A stretch of 64,000 bases of DNA from an uncultured Nitrososphaerota archaeon (GTDB lineage Archaea > Thermoproteota > Nitrososphaeria > Nitrososphaerales > CADDZS01): assembly GCA_963799845.1 (NCBI GenBank), contig CAWCYI010000006.1, forward strand, positions 416,001-480,000, in the 5' to 3' direction. The translations under genes and the position numbers were made by a program. Shown here one piece after another: positions 43,526 through 52,186 of the stretch. Under the pieces are notes generated by a model that searched no databases, was not told the origin of the DNA, and saw nothing but the letters and a program-made list of their open reading frames with translations. Within the stretch, counting starts at the first letter, position 1. Every line of letters starts with the position of its first letter.

Positions 43526-43546
43526 TCTACCGATCCAAGAACAGCT

Positions 43547-43595
43547 GGTACTATATCACGTCGAATGTACGCTTATGTACAAATGTTTGTACAAC
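43547..43595 (-). promoter_or_regulatory. GTACAT element (copy C) in the divergent promoter between the cupredoxin and the RHH regulator
   Basis: Reverse complement reads gttGTACAaacatttGTACATaagcGTACATtcgacgtgatatagtac. Confidence 0.78.
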
Positions 43596-43624
43596 TTCAA
43601 AAGGCAGCAGAGTGAATTTTTCGA

Positions 43625-44239
43625 TTGGGCAGGACAAACATCGCGGTCGATTATGGTGTGGCAGACGAATTGTCTCTTGAAGCTGGAAGAGAGAACAAGA
43701 CACAATACGCTCTCGCAAACGAAGCGCTCAAGGCAGTGCTCGAAGTAGCCAAGGGCGGAGGCAGCCCCAAGCAGATCTATCCTTCTTGGAAGTTTGTAAG
43801 TATGATGAAAGACGTGGGATGCATTGTTCTTCCTGAGGATCTGGTCGAGAAACTTGTTTCCAAGATTTATGCGATTGACAAGGACTGGCTTTTGAACGCC
43901 TGGTACGACGAGGGTTCAAGGCTCGGAGACTTTCTCAAGATGTCCGCCCTAAGACCAGAAGATCTAGGCGACGTGATAAAGGAGTTCCAGGTACTTCTCC
44001 CAGCACAGAAAATCGAGTTCAAGAAAGTAGCCGGAGAAGGGAAAGATTCATCCGGTTATGGCAAATCAACGTACGAGATCAGAGCAATGGGCGTAGCAAG
44101 CTCTGTAGAATCCACGACATGCGCTGAGCAGTTCATCAGAGGAATAATTTCTTCCTACTCCCTCAAAATAATAGAAAGCAGGATATCAAGGGGAATCATC
44201 AGAGTCAAGGCAGTAGAGACATACCCGCCGTCTTCATAA
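43625..44239 (+). CDS. Ribbon-helix-helix regulator with V4R/TRAPP-like C-terminal domain
   Basis: RTNIAVD strand followed by two helices (VADELSLEA, QYALANEALK); WYDEGSRLG and CAEQFIRGII resemble V4R-fold helices. Confidence 0.65.
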   Translation: MGRTNIAVDYGVADELSLEAGRENKTQYALANEALKAVLEVAKGGGSPKQIYPSWKFVSMMKDVGCIVLPEDLVEKLVSKIYAIDKDWLLNAWYDEGSRLGDFLKMSALRPEDLGDVIKEFQVLLPAQKIEFKKVAGEGKDSSGYGKSTYEIRAMGVASSVESTTCAEQFIRGIISSYSLKIIESRISRGIIRVKAVETYPPSS

Positions 44240-44278
44240 TAAAATATGCCCTAACAAAAATACCATTGAAAGGTAGGA

Positions 44279-45127
44279 GTGCACATCTTGCAAAACGATT
44301 CGATGAAGGGGAGAGTATGCATCGTCACCGGGGCAAATTCTGGGATCGGGAAGGCAGCTGCAACCCAACTTGCTCGAATGGGTGCCACAACAGTAATGGT
44401 CTGTCGTGAGCTGACAAAGGGAATGGCCGCACAGGAAGAGATCAAAAGTAACACTGGTTGTCAGTCGGTAGAGCTCATGCTTGCAGATTTGTCGTCTCTG
44501 GATTCCGTTAGAAAGGTCGCGAGCGAGTTCAAAGGGAGTCACGATAGATTGCACTTGATCATAAATAATGCAGCGGTCGTCGAAGGGCACCGAGTAGTCA
44601 CAAAGGATGGTCTTGAAGAAGTGTTCGTTGTGAATTACCTCTCCCAGTTTTTGCTGACCAATCTTCTACTCGACACCTTGAAGTCGTCCGCTCCAGCGCG
44701 AGTGGTGAATGTCACATCGAGCGTCCATGCGCGCATAGATTTTGATGATCTTCAAATGGAAAAAGGCTACAACGCAATCAAATCTTACGGGCAATCCAAA
44801 CTAGCGCAGATTCTATTCACACATGAGCTCGCGAACCGCCTAGCGGGTTCCGGTGTGACAGTCAATTGCGTTCACCCGGGAGCCGTACGCACGCACCTCG
44901 GCGATGAGGGAGGCATTGTGGGAATTGGCATCAAGATACTCAGACCATTTTACATGACACCCGAGAAGGGGGCCGAGACACTGATTTATCTGTCAACTTC
45001 GTCCGACGTAGAAGGGATTACCGGGAAATATTTTTACAAGAAGAAGGAGAGATCGGCTCCGTTCAACAGGGATGATGCAAAGCGATTGTGGGACGTAAGC
45101 ATGAAACTCTCTGGCCTCCAATCATGA
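44279..45127 (+). CDS. SDR oxidoreductase (retinol dehydrogenase/WWOX-like clade)
   Basis: TGANSGIG, NNAA, YGQSK and VHPGAVRT motifs. Confidence 0.92.
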   Translation: MHILQNDSMKGRVCIVTGANSGIGKAAATQLARMGATTVMVCRELTKGMAAQEEIKSNTGCQSVELMLADLSSLDSVRKVASEFKGSHDRLHLIINNAAVVEGHRVVTKDGLEEVFVVNYLSQFLLTNLLLDTLKSSAPARVVNVTSSVHARIDFDDLQMEKGYNAIKSYGQSKLAQILFTHELANRLAGSGVTVNCVHPGAVRTHLGDEGGIVGIGIKILRPFYMTPEKGAETLIYLSTSSDVEGITGKYFYKKKERSAPFNRDDAKRLWDVSMKLSGLQS

Positions 45128-45134
45128 ATACATT

Positions 45135-45605
45135 TCATGGATGAGCCAGCGGTATCAGCAAACCAAGAAAAATGCCGTAGACGATATCCGAGAACAAACT
45201 TCCAACTAGTCCACGATTTGTAATTCGGATTCCTCCAGCAGATTCGATGGTCCTGCGCCCTAGAACATTGAAGAGAATCCAGAGCACGATGCCGTACACC
45301 ACAGTGTCGAATATTACTGAGAATTTTGCAAAAGGAATTAACGTGAAGAAAACGGGGAGTAGAAGGCGAAATGCGATTCCCGCCACGATTCCGTGGGAGA
45401 TGTGACTCGCGATCGTCCACGAGAGGATCGGCTTCTGCATGGACTTCCATTTCTGATTCAGCATGGATACCATCACCCAATTCACCTGCCACTCGACCAC
45501 GGCCTCCATGCCCCATTTTTTCCAAAATGGATACTCGAGCAGTGTCATGAGTACAGCACTAACCAGACCGGCGATGCCGGCCCACTCCAAATCGACAAGA
45601 ATCAT
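45135..45605 (-). CDS. 4-TM membrane protein (tandem paralog)
   Basis: EYPFWKKWG..EWQ...SHISHG...SDIVYGIFLG; similar to 45612-46088. Confidence 0.75.
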   Translation of the reverse strand: MILVDLEWAGIAGLVSAVLMTLLEYPFWKKWGMEAVVEWQVNWVMVSMLNQKWKSMQKPILSWTIASHISHGIVAGIAFRLLLPVFFTLIPFAKFSVIFDTVVYGIVLWILFNVLGRRTIESAGGIRITNRGLVGSLFSDIVYGIFLGLLIPLAHP

Positions 45606-45611
45606 CAGTCT

Positions 45612-46088
45612 CTAGCCTGACAATAGAGTAAGGAAGAGACCGAGGAAGATTCCATAGACTATGTGAGAAAGCAGGCTTACCAGCAAACCACGATTGGAAA
45701 TTCGGATTTGACCCAATGATTCAAAGGTCGTCTTGCCCATGACCGGAAACAGAACCCATAGTACGAAACTATAGACAGTCGTGTCGTAGAGTATCGAAAG
45801 CCTTGCGTCTGGAATAAACACGTAGAAAGTTGGGAGCAGAAGACGAAACGCGACGCTCGCGATGATTCCATTCAGTAAATGAGTTCCGACGGTTTTCCAC
45901 GGAAAACCGCTTTCCTCGATTAGATTCGTCCTGCGAAGAATGATTCTCGAATAAATCACGTTGTCCACCTGCCACTCGCCCACTCCTGACATTCCCCATT
46001 TTTTATAGAAGGGAAATTCCGATAGAGTCATGAAAACGGCGGCCGCTAGACCAGCTATTGACGCTTCGATTACATCTAACACTATCAA
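45612..46088 (-). CDS. 4-TM membrane protein (tandem paralog)
   Basis: EFPFYKKWG..EWQ...THLLNG...SHIVYGIFLG. Confidence 0.75.
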   Translation of the reverse strand: MIVLDVIEASIAGLAAAVFMTLSEFPFYKKWGMSGVGEWQVDNVIYSRIILRRTNLIEESGFPWKTVGTHLLNGIIASVAFRLLLPTFYVFIPDARLSILYDTTVYSFVLWVLFPVMGKTTFESLGQIRISNRGLLVSLLSHIVYGIFLGLFLTLLSG

Positions 46089-46157
46089 TGGGGTTTCTCA
46101 ACGACCAAGTTCAATGAGGGTTTTCTAGCAGTAAGATTCAAGATCTGAACATGATGT

Positions 46158-46964
46158 TCAAGAGCTTCTTACGATGACCGTCCCATTCATGTAGGGATGG
46201 ATTGCACAATGATAAGCGTATGTTCCAGCTGTTAAGAATGTGTAACTCCATTTGTCACCGAAGTTAAGCAATCCTGAATTGAAGAGGTTGGAATTGCTAG
46301 TTACAGTATGTATGGTGTAGTCCTGGTTCACCCATATGATTGTGTTGTTCACCCCGATTACCACGATGATAGAATCAGGGAGAAAGTGCCCGGCACTATT
46401 TGATGGATTGCTCGCTCCCGGGACAATTGAGACGGTGACTGCGTCGAACGTAGACACGCTTGGGGCGAAAAAAGCGCCATACGATACTCCGCCAACGACA
46501 AGTACCAACATTGCGACCGTCAGCACTCCACCGATAGACCTGGGACTGGTAAGAAATTTTTTCTGGTTAAGTCCCTTGTTTAGATTTACTAGACATAGAA
46601 TTGAGAATATCGCAACCAGCGCTAGAAGAGGAATACTGGACATCGCAATCGCGAATGTGGTAGAACCACTGGGTTTGGGATAGACTGCGAGGGACGGTAC
46701 AACGAACCCCAGACTGACCACGACTGACAAGACGAAACTCCACCTTCTTTGTGTTACAAAAGCACCGAACGCAGAGAAGAGGCAGAGTACAACGAAGCCG
46801 AGAACAAGGACAAGAAACGGATCAAAGAGAGAAGGTTTTTGCAAATCGGGAATTATGCCGTAAAGAAGATCCAATCCTGAAAAGATGAGTCCAGCGAATA
46901 TTACCCATACTGCGAAAGGATGCTTTCGAACCACGGACATAGTAAAACCATTTTGCACAAACAT
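46158..46964 (-). CDS. Multi-TM protein with C-terminal type-1 copper domain (start possibly 46940)
   Basis: Close paralog of 42620-43525; WVNQDYTIHTVT...YHCAIHPYMNG. Confidence 0.88.
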   Translation of the reverse strand: MFVQNGFTMSVVRKHPFAVWVIFAGLIFSGLDLLYGIIPDLQKPSLFDPFLVLVLGFVVLCLFSAFGAFVTQRRWSFVLSVVVSLGFVVPSLAVYPKPSGSTTFAIAMSSIPLLALVAIFSILCLVNLNKGLNQKKFLTSPRSIGGVLTVAMLVLVVGGVSYGAFFAPSVSTFDAVTVSIVPGASNPSNSAGHFLPDSIIVVIGVNNTIIWVNQDYTIHTVTSNSNLFNSGLLNFGDKWSYTFLTAGTYAYHCAIHPYMNGTVIVRSS

Positions 46965-47057
46965 TCAGTGTCCATTTGTTAAGACTTTTCGACGCGACAA
47001 TCAAAACGTCGCCTTCCTTCGAGTGAGATACTAGGTAAGACGACTATTTGATGAAAG

Positions 47058-47073
47058 ATGTACAACTATGTAC
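47058..47073 (-). promoter_or_regulatory. Degenerate GTACAT-N4-GTACAT element (copy D) upstream of the third cupredoxin
   Basis: Reverse complement reads GTACATagttGTACAT. Confidence 0.55.
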
Positions 47074-47183
47074 TCGTCTACATCTGGCCTAATTAGCAGG
47101 CCTAAATTTGCAGAGTTTGTTCTGGTGAATGCTGGCATTGGACCCGATCTCAGGATAACTTTATGATTGCCTAACTTAGGGGT

Positions 47184-47870
47184 TTGATGCTCTCGGTGTT
47201 GGTTTCCTCCGGCCTTTCCTCATTAGATTCCGTACTAGGAGGGGAGGGATATCCGGAAAAATCAGCAGTTCTCGTTGTCGGACCTCCGGGCATCGGAAAG
47301 GAAGCATTAGGGTACTGGTTTACGCATTCGGGTCTGATCCAGAATGACTTTTGCCTCTACACTACAAGATTATCCGTCCGCGAAGTACTCCAAGATGTTA
47401 AGGCATTCAATGTTGACTTTTCCCAGAGGGTTCCGTTCTGGTTTGCGAGCGAAGGTGGACAGATTAAGTTCGACATCAACGACCTATCCAGCTTATCGTA
47501 CAACATCAAAGAAGTCCTGAAGAAAAATGCGGATCGCAGGATCAGGGTCGTAACCGATGTTATTTCTTCACTCCTGATGCTCAATCCTTCCGAGACCATT
47601 TACAAATTCCTTACTCAACTCTTTGCTGACGTAAAGCAGTATGACGCAGTGGTACTTGCGACGTTAGAAGAAGGGATGCACTCGCCCCAAGTTCTAGCTG
47701 CGATGCAGCAATTGTTTGACGGCGTCGTAGAGTTGAGACTGTACGAAGAGGGATTGAGAGTTCTACCTCTCTTACGAGTTAGAAAGATGCGAGGAGTACC
47801 ACCGCAGCCCGGTTACTACAATTTCTCATTCACGAAAACTGGAATGGAGATTAGCGCATATGGAAAGTAG
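47184..47870 (+). CDS. KaiC/RAD55-like ATPase with degenerate Walker A (module 2)
   Basis: GPPGIGKE, VVTDVIS and RKMRG motifs; highly similar to module 1. Confidence 0.9.
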   Translation: MMLSVLVSSGLSSLDSVLGGEGYPEKSAVLVVGPPGIGKEALGYWFTHSGLIQNDFCLYTTRLSVREVLQDVKAFNVDFSQRVPFWFASEGGQIKFDINDLSSLSYNIKEVLKKNADRRIRVVTDVISSLLMLNPSETIYKFLTQLFADVKQYDAVVLATLEEGMHSPQVLAAMQQLFDGVVELRLYEEGLRVLPLLRVRKMRGVPPQPGYYNFSFTKTGMEISAYGK

Positions 47871-48633
47871 TTCTGACGTCGAGAATATTATTCGAGTGGC
47901 ACTGCCTCTCGTACAGGCTGCGATGTTCGGATATGCGGCTTTTTGGGGGTTTAACATTAGGCATGCTCTGTATGTGAGACTGTATCGAAATCAGGCGCTT
48001 GGAATCGGGTTAATCGGATTAGCATTTGTATTTGTGACCATCGCGAACAACGTAATCGATTTCATTTATTCGAATAATAGTAACCTAGCCGGAAACCTTG
48101 TTGTTCCGGTTTATTATGTTGGATTTATCGTGATATTCTACTGGATAGACGCTTCGGTTCTCGCTGCGCGAAGATCCGACCCACTTCTGAGGGACACTTT
48201 TCATTGGACGCGGTTGCGAGTTCTACTTTGGTCAGTGATGATTATCCTAGTAGCCCTTGCTATGTCTGTCGACGCGTACTCATTATTGACTGGAAATCCC
48301 ATCCCTACAAATCTTCAGCCTCTCCCCGGAATCAATTTCCTTCTAATTCTTGCAACTGGCGCTGCCCTATTGCCCGTTTCTGCACGGAGGTCCAAAGACA
48401 TGTCTTTTCGAAAACATCTGGAGTGGTTTGGGATTTTCGCAGCCGTCTTCTTTGGTTTCATAGTCGAGACGATAGTGATAAACCTTCCAACTGTAACAAA
48501 TACGACTGTCATCTCGACGCTCGAAGCAGTTGTACCACTTACTATTGCTGCGTATTTTCTGTCAAGGAGTGCAAGATCACTTGTACCGTTGAACAGGCTT
48601 TTATTAGACGAACCTGACAGACCCAATGCCTAA
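47860..48633 (+). CDS. 7-TM membrane protein (module 2)
   Basis: Seven hydrophobic helices; YRNQA, WIDAS..AARRSDPLLR, ARRSKD and SRSARSLVPLNR motifs; 11-nt overlap with the ATPase. Confidence 0.88.
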   Translation: MESSSDVENIIRVALPLVQAAMFGYAAFWGFNIRHALYVRLYRNQALGIGLIGLAFVFVTIANNVIDFIYSNNSNLAGNLVVPVYYVGFIVIFYWIDASVLAARRSDPLLRDTFHWTRLRVLLWSVMIILVALAMSVDAYSLLTGNPIPTNLQPLPGINFLLILATGAALLPVSARRSKDMSFRKHLEWFGIFAAVFFGFIVETIVINLPTVTNTTVISTLEAVVPLTIAAYFLSRSARSLVPLNRLLLDEPDRPNA

Positions 48634-48737
48634 TTCAGGACGAACGAGAAGCTAACACTGTTTGCGATATCTGTTGGTGCCTCTAAGCTTCTCAACTTCA
48701 AGCTAATCAACGGTGACACTGACTATGAGTTCGCGGT

Positions 48738-48827
48738 TCAAGCGTACTGCGTCTTGTTCTCCCTGCCGGCTTCAAGAGACAATTCGTCTGCTACACCATA
48801 ATCGACCGCAACATTTGTCCCACCCAA
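48738..48827 (-). pseudogene. Truncated duplicate (29 codons) of the RHH regulator N-terminus
   Basis: GGTNVAVDYGVADELSLEAGRENKTQYA* versus GRTNIAVDYGVADELSLEAGRENKTQYAL at 43625. Confidence 0.85.
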
Positions 48828-48859
48828 TCCAAGTCCTCCCTTCGCAGGCATTTGGGGTC

Positions 48860-48904
48860 GTACAAACATTTGTACATAATCGTACATCCGATGTGATATA
48901 GTAC
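48860..48904 (+). promoter_or_regulatory. GTACAT element (copy E), divergent from the RHH remnant
   Basis: GTACAaacatttGTACATaatcGTACATccgatgtgatatagtac, nearly identical to copies B and C. Confidence 0.78.
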
Positions 48905-49040
48905 AACTACCCTCAGAACGCTCGAGTGGATTTGACTCCATTACAAGAGTTGAATGGATGCCTTTCTTGCGGCAAGAAAAGGAGACAAATAAAATATTCT
49001 CTAGATAAGAGCCCACAAACCATAGATCAACGGGAGGTAA

Positions 49041-49484
49041 ATGACCTCTGTAACAAACTGGTGGATCGAGGGAGGCCTTGAAGCCTTGCCAACCGTACCG
49101 CCTAAGCAAAAAATCGAAAGGGGTCCAAAGCAATCAATTCCTATCATTCTAGATCCAAATTTATTGCTTAGCAAACTACCTCTGAATTTTACGAAGACTA
49201 TGGTGAGCATCACAATAGGGTTGAGAGCGTTTACGGTCATTTCCACGTATCTAATGGTGGTACTTTATCGCGTTGCAATAGAGAATAACCCGATTCCCAA
49301 TAATCTAGGAATCGTCCCATACATGTTTTCATCAGCAACTATTGTTTGCCTTGCAATTTGGGTCTTGTATAGAAGAGCCCCAAGAGACGTTACCTTTCCG
49401 CTGCTATTTGGACTATTTCTAGTGACCGTGATGGACGCAGCAATGGATGCTACTACAGCTGTCAAAATAATTCTTTGGCAATGA
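49041..49484 (+). CDS. Hypothetical membrane protein (about 3 TM; real start may be 49200)
   Basis: Hydrophobic C-terminal two-thirds; lies downstream of element E. Confidence 0.45.
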   Translation: MTSVTNWWIEGGLEALPTVPPKQKIERGPKQSIPIILDPNLLLSKLPLNFTKTMVSITIGLRAFTVISTYLMVVLYRVAIENNPIPNNLGIVPYMFSSATIVCLAIWVLYRRAPRDVTFPLLFGLFLVTVMDAAMDATTAVKIILWQ

Positions 49485-49787
49485 GATTAGGAAAATTCAA
49501 GGGATTCATTCGTACGAAGCATTTTCAAAGTGGCAGAGTCATCTCGAGTTGTCTTTTCAGAGCAACTCAGAGGAGAATCGACTTTTCTACAGCGTTGCTG
49601 AGCCGGGTTACCACGTGTAATTCTATATTCCACTATCAGCTGCTCCAAAATTCCCAGCAATCTGATTCAGCTGAATAGTAAATATACGACAGACGTTGTA
49701 TTCTATCAATAGCTGCTCTGCCGTCTTACGTTTAATTCAAACAATTGGAATCTGAAGAGTTGAACCTTGATCTACAAATTTGCTTTA

Positions 49788-50456
49788 TCAAACTAATTTT
49801 GAGTGCTTGAGATTTAGACGATAAACCTCAATCGGAATCTTAACATTCTTCAGCTTTTTCTTTCCAAGACTAGAAAACCGCATATTCAATTTGTTCCTTA
49901 CCTGAGAGTAAACCTGTTCAGTGACGCATACGGATCCCGGCACGCAGAGCGGCCCAATCCTGGACGCTACGTTAACGGCATCCCCCAACACATCATTGTT
50001 CCTGTGAATCACGTCTCCAAGGTGTACTCCAATTTTTAGAAGAAGCTTCTTTTCACTTGGGTGGTCCATGTTGAAATCGTTTACTGAACCTTGAATGTCG
50101 ATCGTACATTGCACTGCCTCAAGAGCACTCGCAAATTCAACGAGAAACGCATCACCCATCGTCTTTATTTCTCTTCCATTGTGCTTTCGAAAAATCGGTC
50201 GCAATAGCAATCTATGTTCTTCAAGAAGGTTTAGAGCAATGACTTCATTCTTCTGGGACAGAGCGGTATACCCGGTCATATCCGTGAACATGATTGCGGC
50301 CAGTCTTCTCTCATCGTCTTGGGTTGTTGCTGGCTCTACAAGCTTGTGCTGTTCAGTCCCGTTATTCTTAGAAGATTTCCATCTTTTGAGAAGAGTTTTC
50401 TCTTCGGCCGTAACTTTGTCTGCACTTACTGAACCATCTTTATCTGAGACACCCAT
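49788..50456 (-). CDS. Stand-alone class III adenylate cyclase
   Basis: MFTDMTGYT, KTMGDAF, KIGVHLGDV and DVLGDAVNVASRI: both metal-binding Asp, the ATP-selecting Lys/Asp and the Asn/Arg are present. Confidence 0.9.
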   Translation of the reverse strand: MGVSDKDGSVSADKVTAEEKTLLKRWKSSKNNGTEQHKLVEPATTQDDERRLAAIMFTDMTGYTALSQKNEVIALNLLEEHRLLLRPIFRKHNGREIKTMGDAFLVEFASALEAVQCTIDIQGSVNDFNMDHPSEKKLLLKIGVHLGDVIHRNNDVLGDAVNVASRIGPLCVPGSVCVTEQVYSQVRNKLNMRFSSLGKKKLKNVKIPIEVYRLNLKHSKLV

Positions 50457-50670
50457 CTTTGAGAAGGCCCACTTTCGATTTTCTTGAGTTTGCCCATCCT
50501 AATATCTTTCATACTTATTCGCTGATTCGAGAAGCTCATTCCAGTTTCGAAATTTCCTATCCCGAGAAATCACCAAGTTAGCCCGAGGCTGTCTCACAAG
50601 TCAGAGAATTCTTAGGCCAATCCCAAGATAGATTTATCTCAATCCTAAACTCAGAGCGGGGCAATAGCCT

Positions 50671-51342
50671 TTGGCTTCGACGGGTATATCATCGCTCAAC
50701 AGTCTACTCGGGAGTGATGGTTATCCAGACAGGTCAACAATTCTCATTGTTGGCCCTCCTGGAATCGGGAAGGAAGCTCTCGGCTACTGGTTCACTTACA
50801 CCGGCTTAGTCCAGAACGATTTCTGTTTATACAATACTAGATTATCTTCAAAGGAAGTTCTCCAGGATGTTAAGGCATTCAACGTAGATTTCTCTCAAAG
50901 AGTTCCGTTCTGGTTTTCGAGCGCTGGTGGTCAGGTTAAGTTTGATGTTAACGATCTTGCAGGACTATCATACAATATCAAAGACATTCTGAAGAAAAAC
51001 TCTGACAGAAGAATCAGGATAGTAACTGATGTACTCTCGTCTCTATTGATGTTAAACCAACCCGATACAATCTACAAATTCCTAACGCAACTATTTGCCG
51101 ACACAAAGCAATACGATTCAGTAGTACTCACGACTCTCGAAGAAGGAATGCATCCTCCAAACGTTCTAGCCGCAATGCAGCAGCTGTTCGATGGAGTAAT
51201 AGAACTCAGACTCTACGAGGAGGGGTTGCGAGTGCTTCCCCTCTTGAGAATAAGGAAGATGAGAGGAGTTCCCCCTCAACCCGGTTACTACAACTTTGCT
51301 TTCTCGAAAACTGGAATGGAGGTAAGTGCATTTGTCAGATAG
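50671..51342 (+). CDS. KaiC/RAD55-like ATPase with degenerate Walker A (module 3)
   Basis: About 89% identical to module 1 by manual alignment (24/223 differences); GPPGIGKE. Confidence 0.9.
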   Translation: MASTGISSLNSLLGSDGYPDRSTILIVGPPGIGKEALGYWFTYTGLVQNDFCLYNTRLSSKEVLQDVKAFNVDFSQRVPFWFSSAGGQVKFDVNDLAGLSYNIKDILKKNSDRRIRIVTDVLSSLLMLNQPDTIYKFLTQLFADTKQYDSVVLTTLEEGMHPPNVLAAMQQLFDGVIELRLYEEGLRVLPLLRIRKMRGVPPQPGYYNFAFSKTGMEVSAFVR

Positions 51343-52102
51343 TTTGGGATTCGCACTGGCATTAATCATCGCCGAGATCGTGCCCGCTGCAATCGCACTT
51401 TATGCGGCGTACTGGGCGTTTGCAATCAGGCGAGCGCTCGCCGGCCGAATCTATCGCAACCACGCTTTTTGGCTGGGCGTTGTGTGCATCCTATACGCGG
51501 CGGCGGAATTTGTTACTTATAGCAACAATGCTATCGTCCAAGATGCTCTCGGTATCTTTTATTTGATTTTGAATCCGGTTATATTCGCGTTTATCGATTC
51601 CACGGTGCGCGTTGCCCGACGATCGGACCCGCTCCTCCGCACTGTGCTCCGCTGGGAGAAGCTTCGCATAGTGCTCTGGATTGATGAGATCGCCCTCGCA
51701 ATCTTATTGGCTTCTATGTTTGACCCTTCAATCATTGCGAGTATCAATCCAGCTGTGGGAGGCCTTCTGTTCATTATCTTGATATCAATCCCATACATCG
51801 GGGGAACGCCCGCCTTGCTTATTGGAGCCAGAAGGTCCAGGGACCCTGTGCTTCGAAGAAGTCTGAAGTGGCTGGGTGTGTTCTTTCTATTCTTTCTCGG
51901 ATATTTGTTGGAGTTCGGCATAATCCAACTTATCATCCCTGGTATCAGCCAATTTGAACTGTATTATTCGTACACTGCCATTCCCGGTGGGATCATCGGA
52001 ATCTTGGGAGCATACGCTATCTACAAGAGCGCCCGGTCTCTCGCGCCAATAAATCGCATGTCATTAGAAGTTGAGCCCAAAGTGGAACCTCCCCGGGCCT
52101 AA
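51332..52102 (+). CDS. 7-TM membrane protein (module 3)
   Basis: Seven helices; YRNHAFWLG, FIDSTVRVARRSDPLLR, ARRSRDPVLRRSLKWLG and YKSARSLAPINR motifs; TTG start 8 nt after GGAGGT. Confidence 0.88.
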   Translation: MSDSLGFALALIIAEIVPAAIALYAAYWAFAIRRALAGRIYRNHAFWLGVVCILYAAAEFVTYSNNAIVQDALGIFYLILNPVIFAFIDSTVRVARRSDPLLRTVLRWEKLRIVLWIDEIALAILLASMFDPSIIASINPAVGGLLFIILISIPYIGGTPALLIGARRSRDPVLRRSLKWLGVFFLFFLGYLLEFGIIQLIIPGISQFELYYSYTAIPGGIIGILGAYAIYKSARSLAPINRMSLEVEPKVEPPRA

Positions 52103-52186
52103 TTCGATCCCTCCACTGTACAGCTAGGGGATATTAATTTAGGTCAGCGAGCAGTTGGCTTCCACATAATATAAGTTGGTGAGCTT

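Noticed and set aside
36223-48887. Identifying the GTAC element with the Firmicute CopY box or the algal copper-response element
   Set aside because: Spacing does not match TACAnnTGTA and no CopY or SBP-type regulator is present; a copper link rests only on the regulated genes.
51580-51640. FIDS...DPL as a class A GPCR DRY...PL motif
   Set aside because: No Arg-Tyr and the D-to-P spacing differs (11 versus 8). True GPCR homology cannot be claimed from sequence; only topology is analogous.
47860-52102. 7-TM proteins as microbial rhodopsins or heliorhodopsins (a retinol-dehydrogenase-like SDR is nearby)
   Set aside because: No conserved TM7 retinal-binding Lys: the equivalent position reads R, R, K, L across the four paralogs and lies at the helix end. 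No DxxxK or SxxxK motif.
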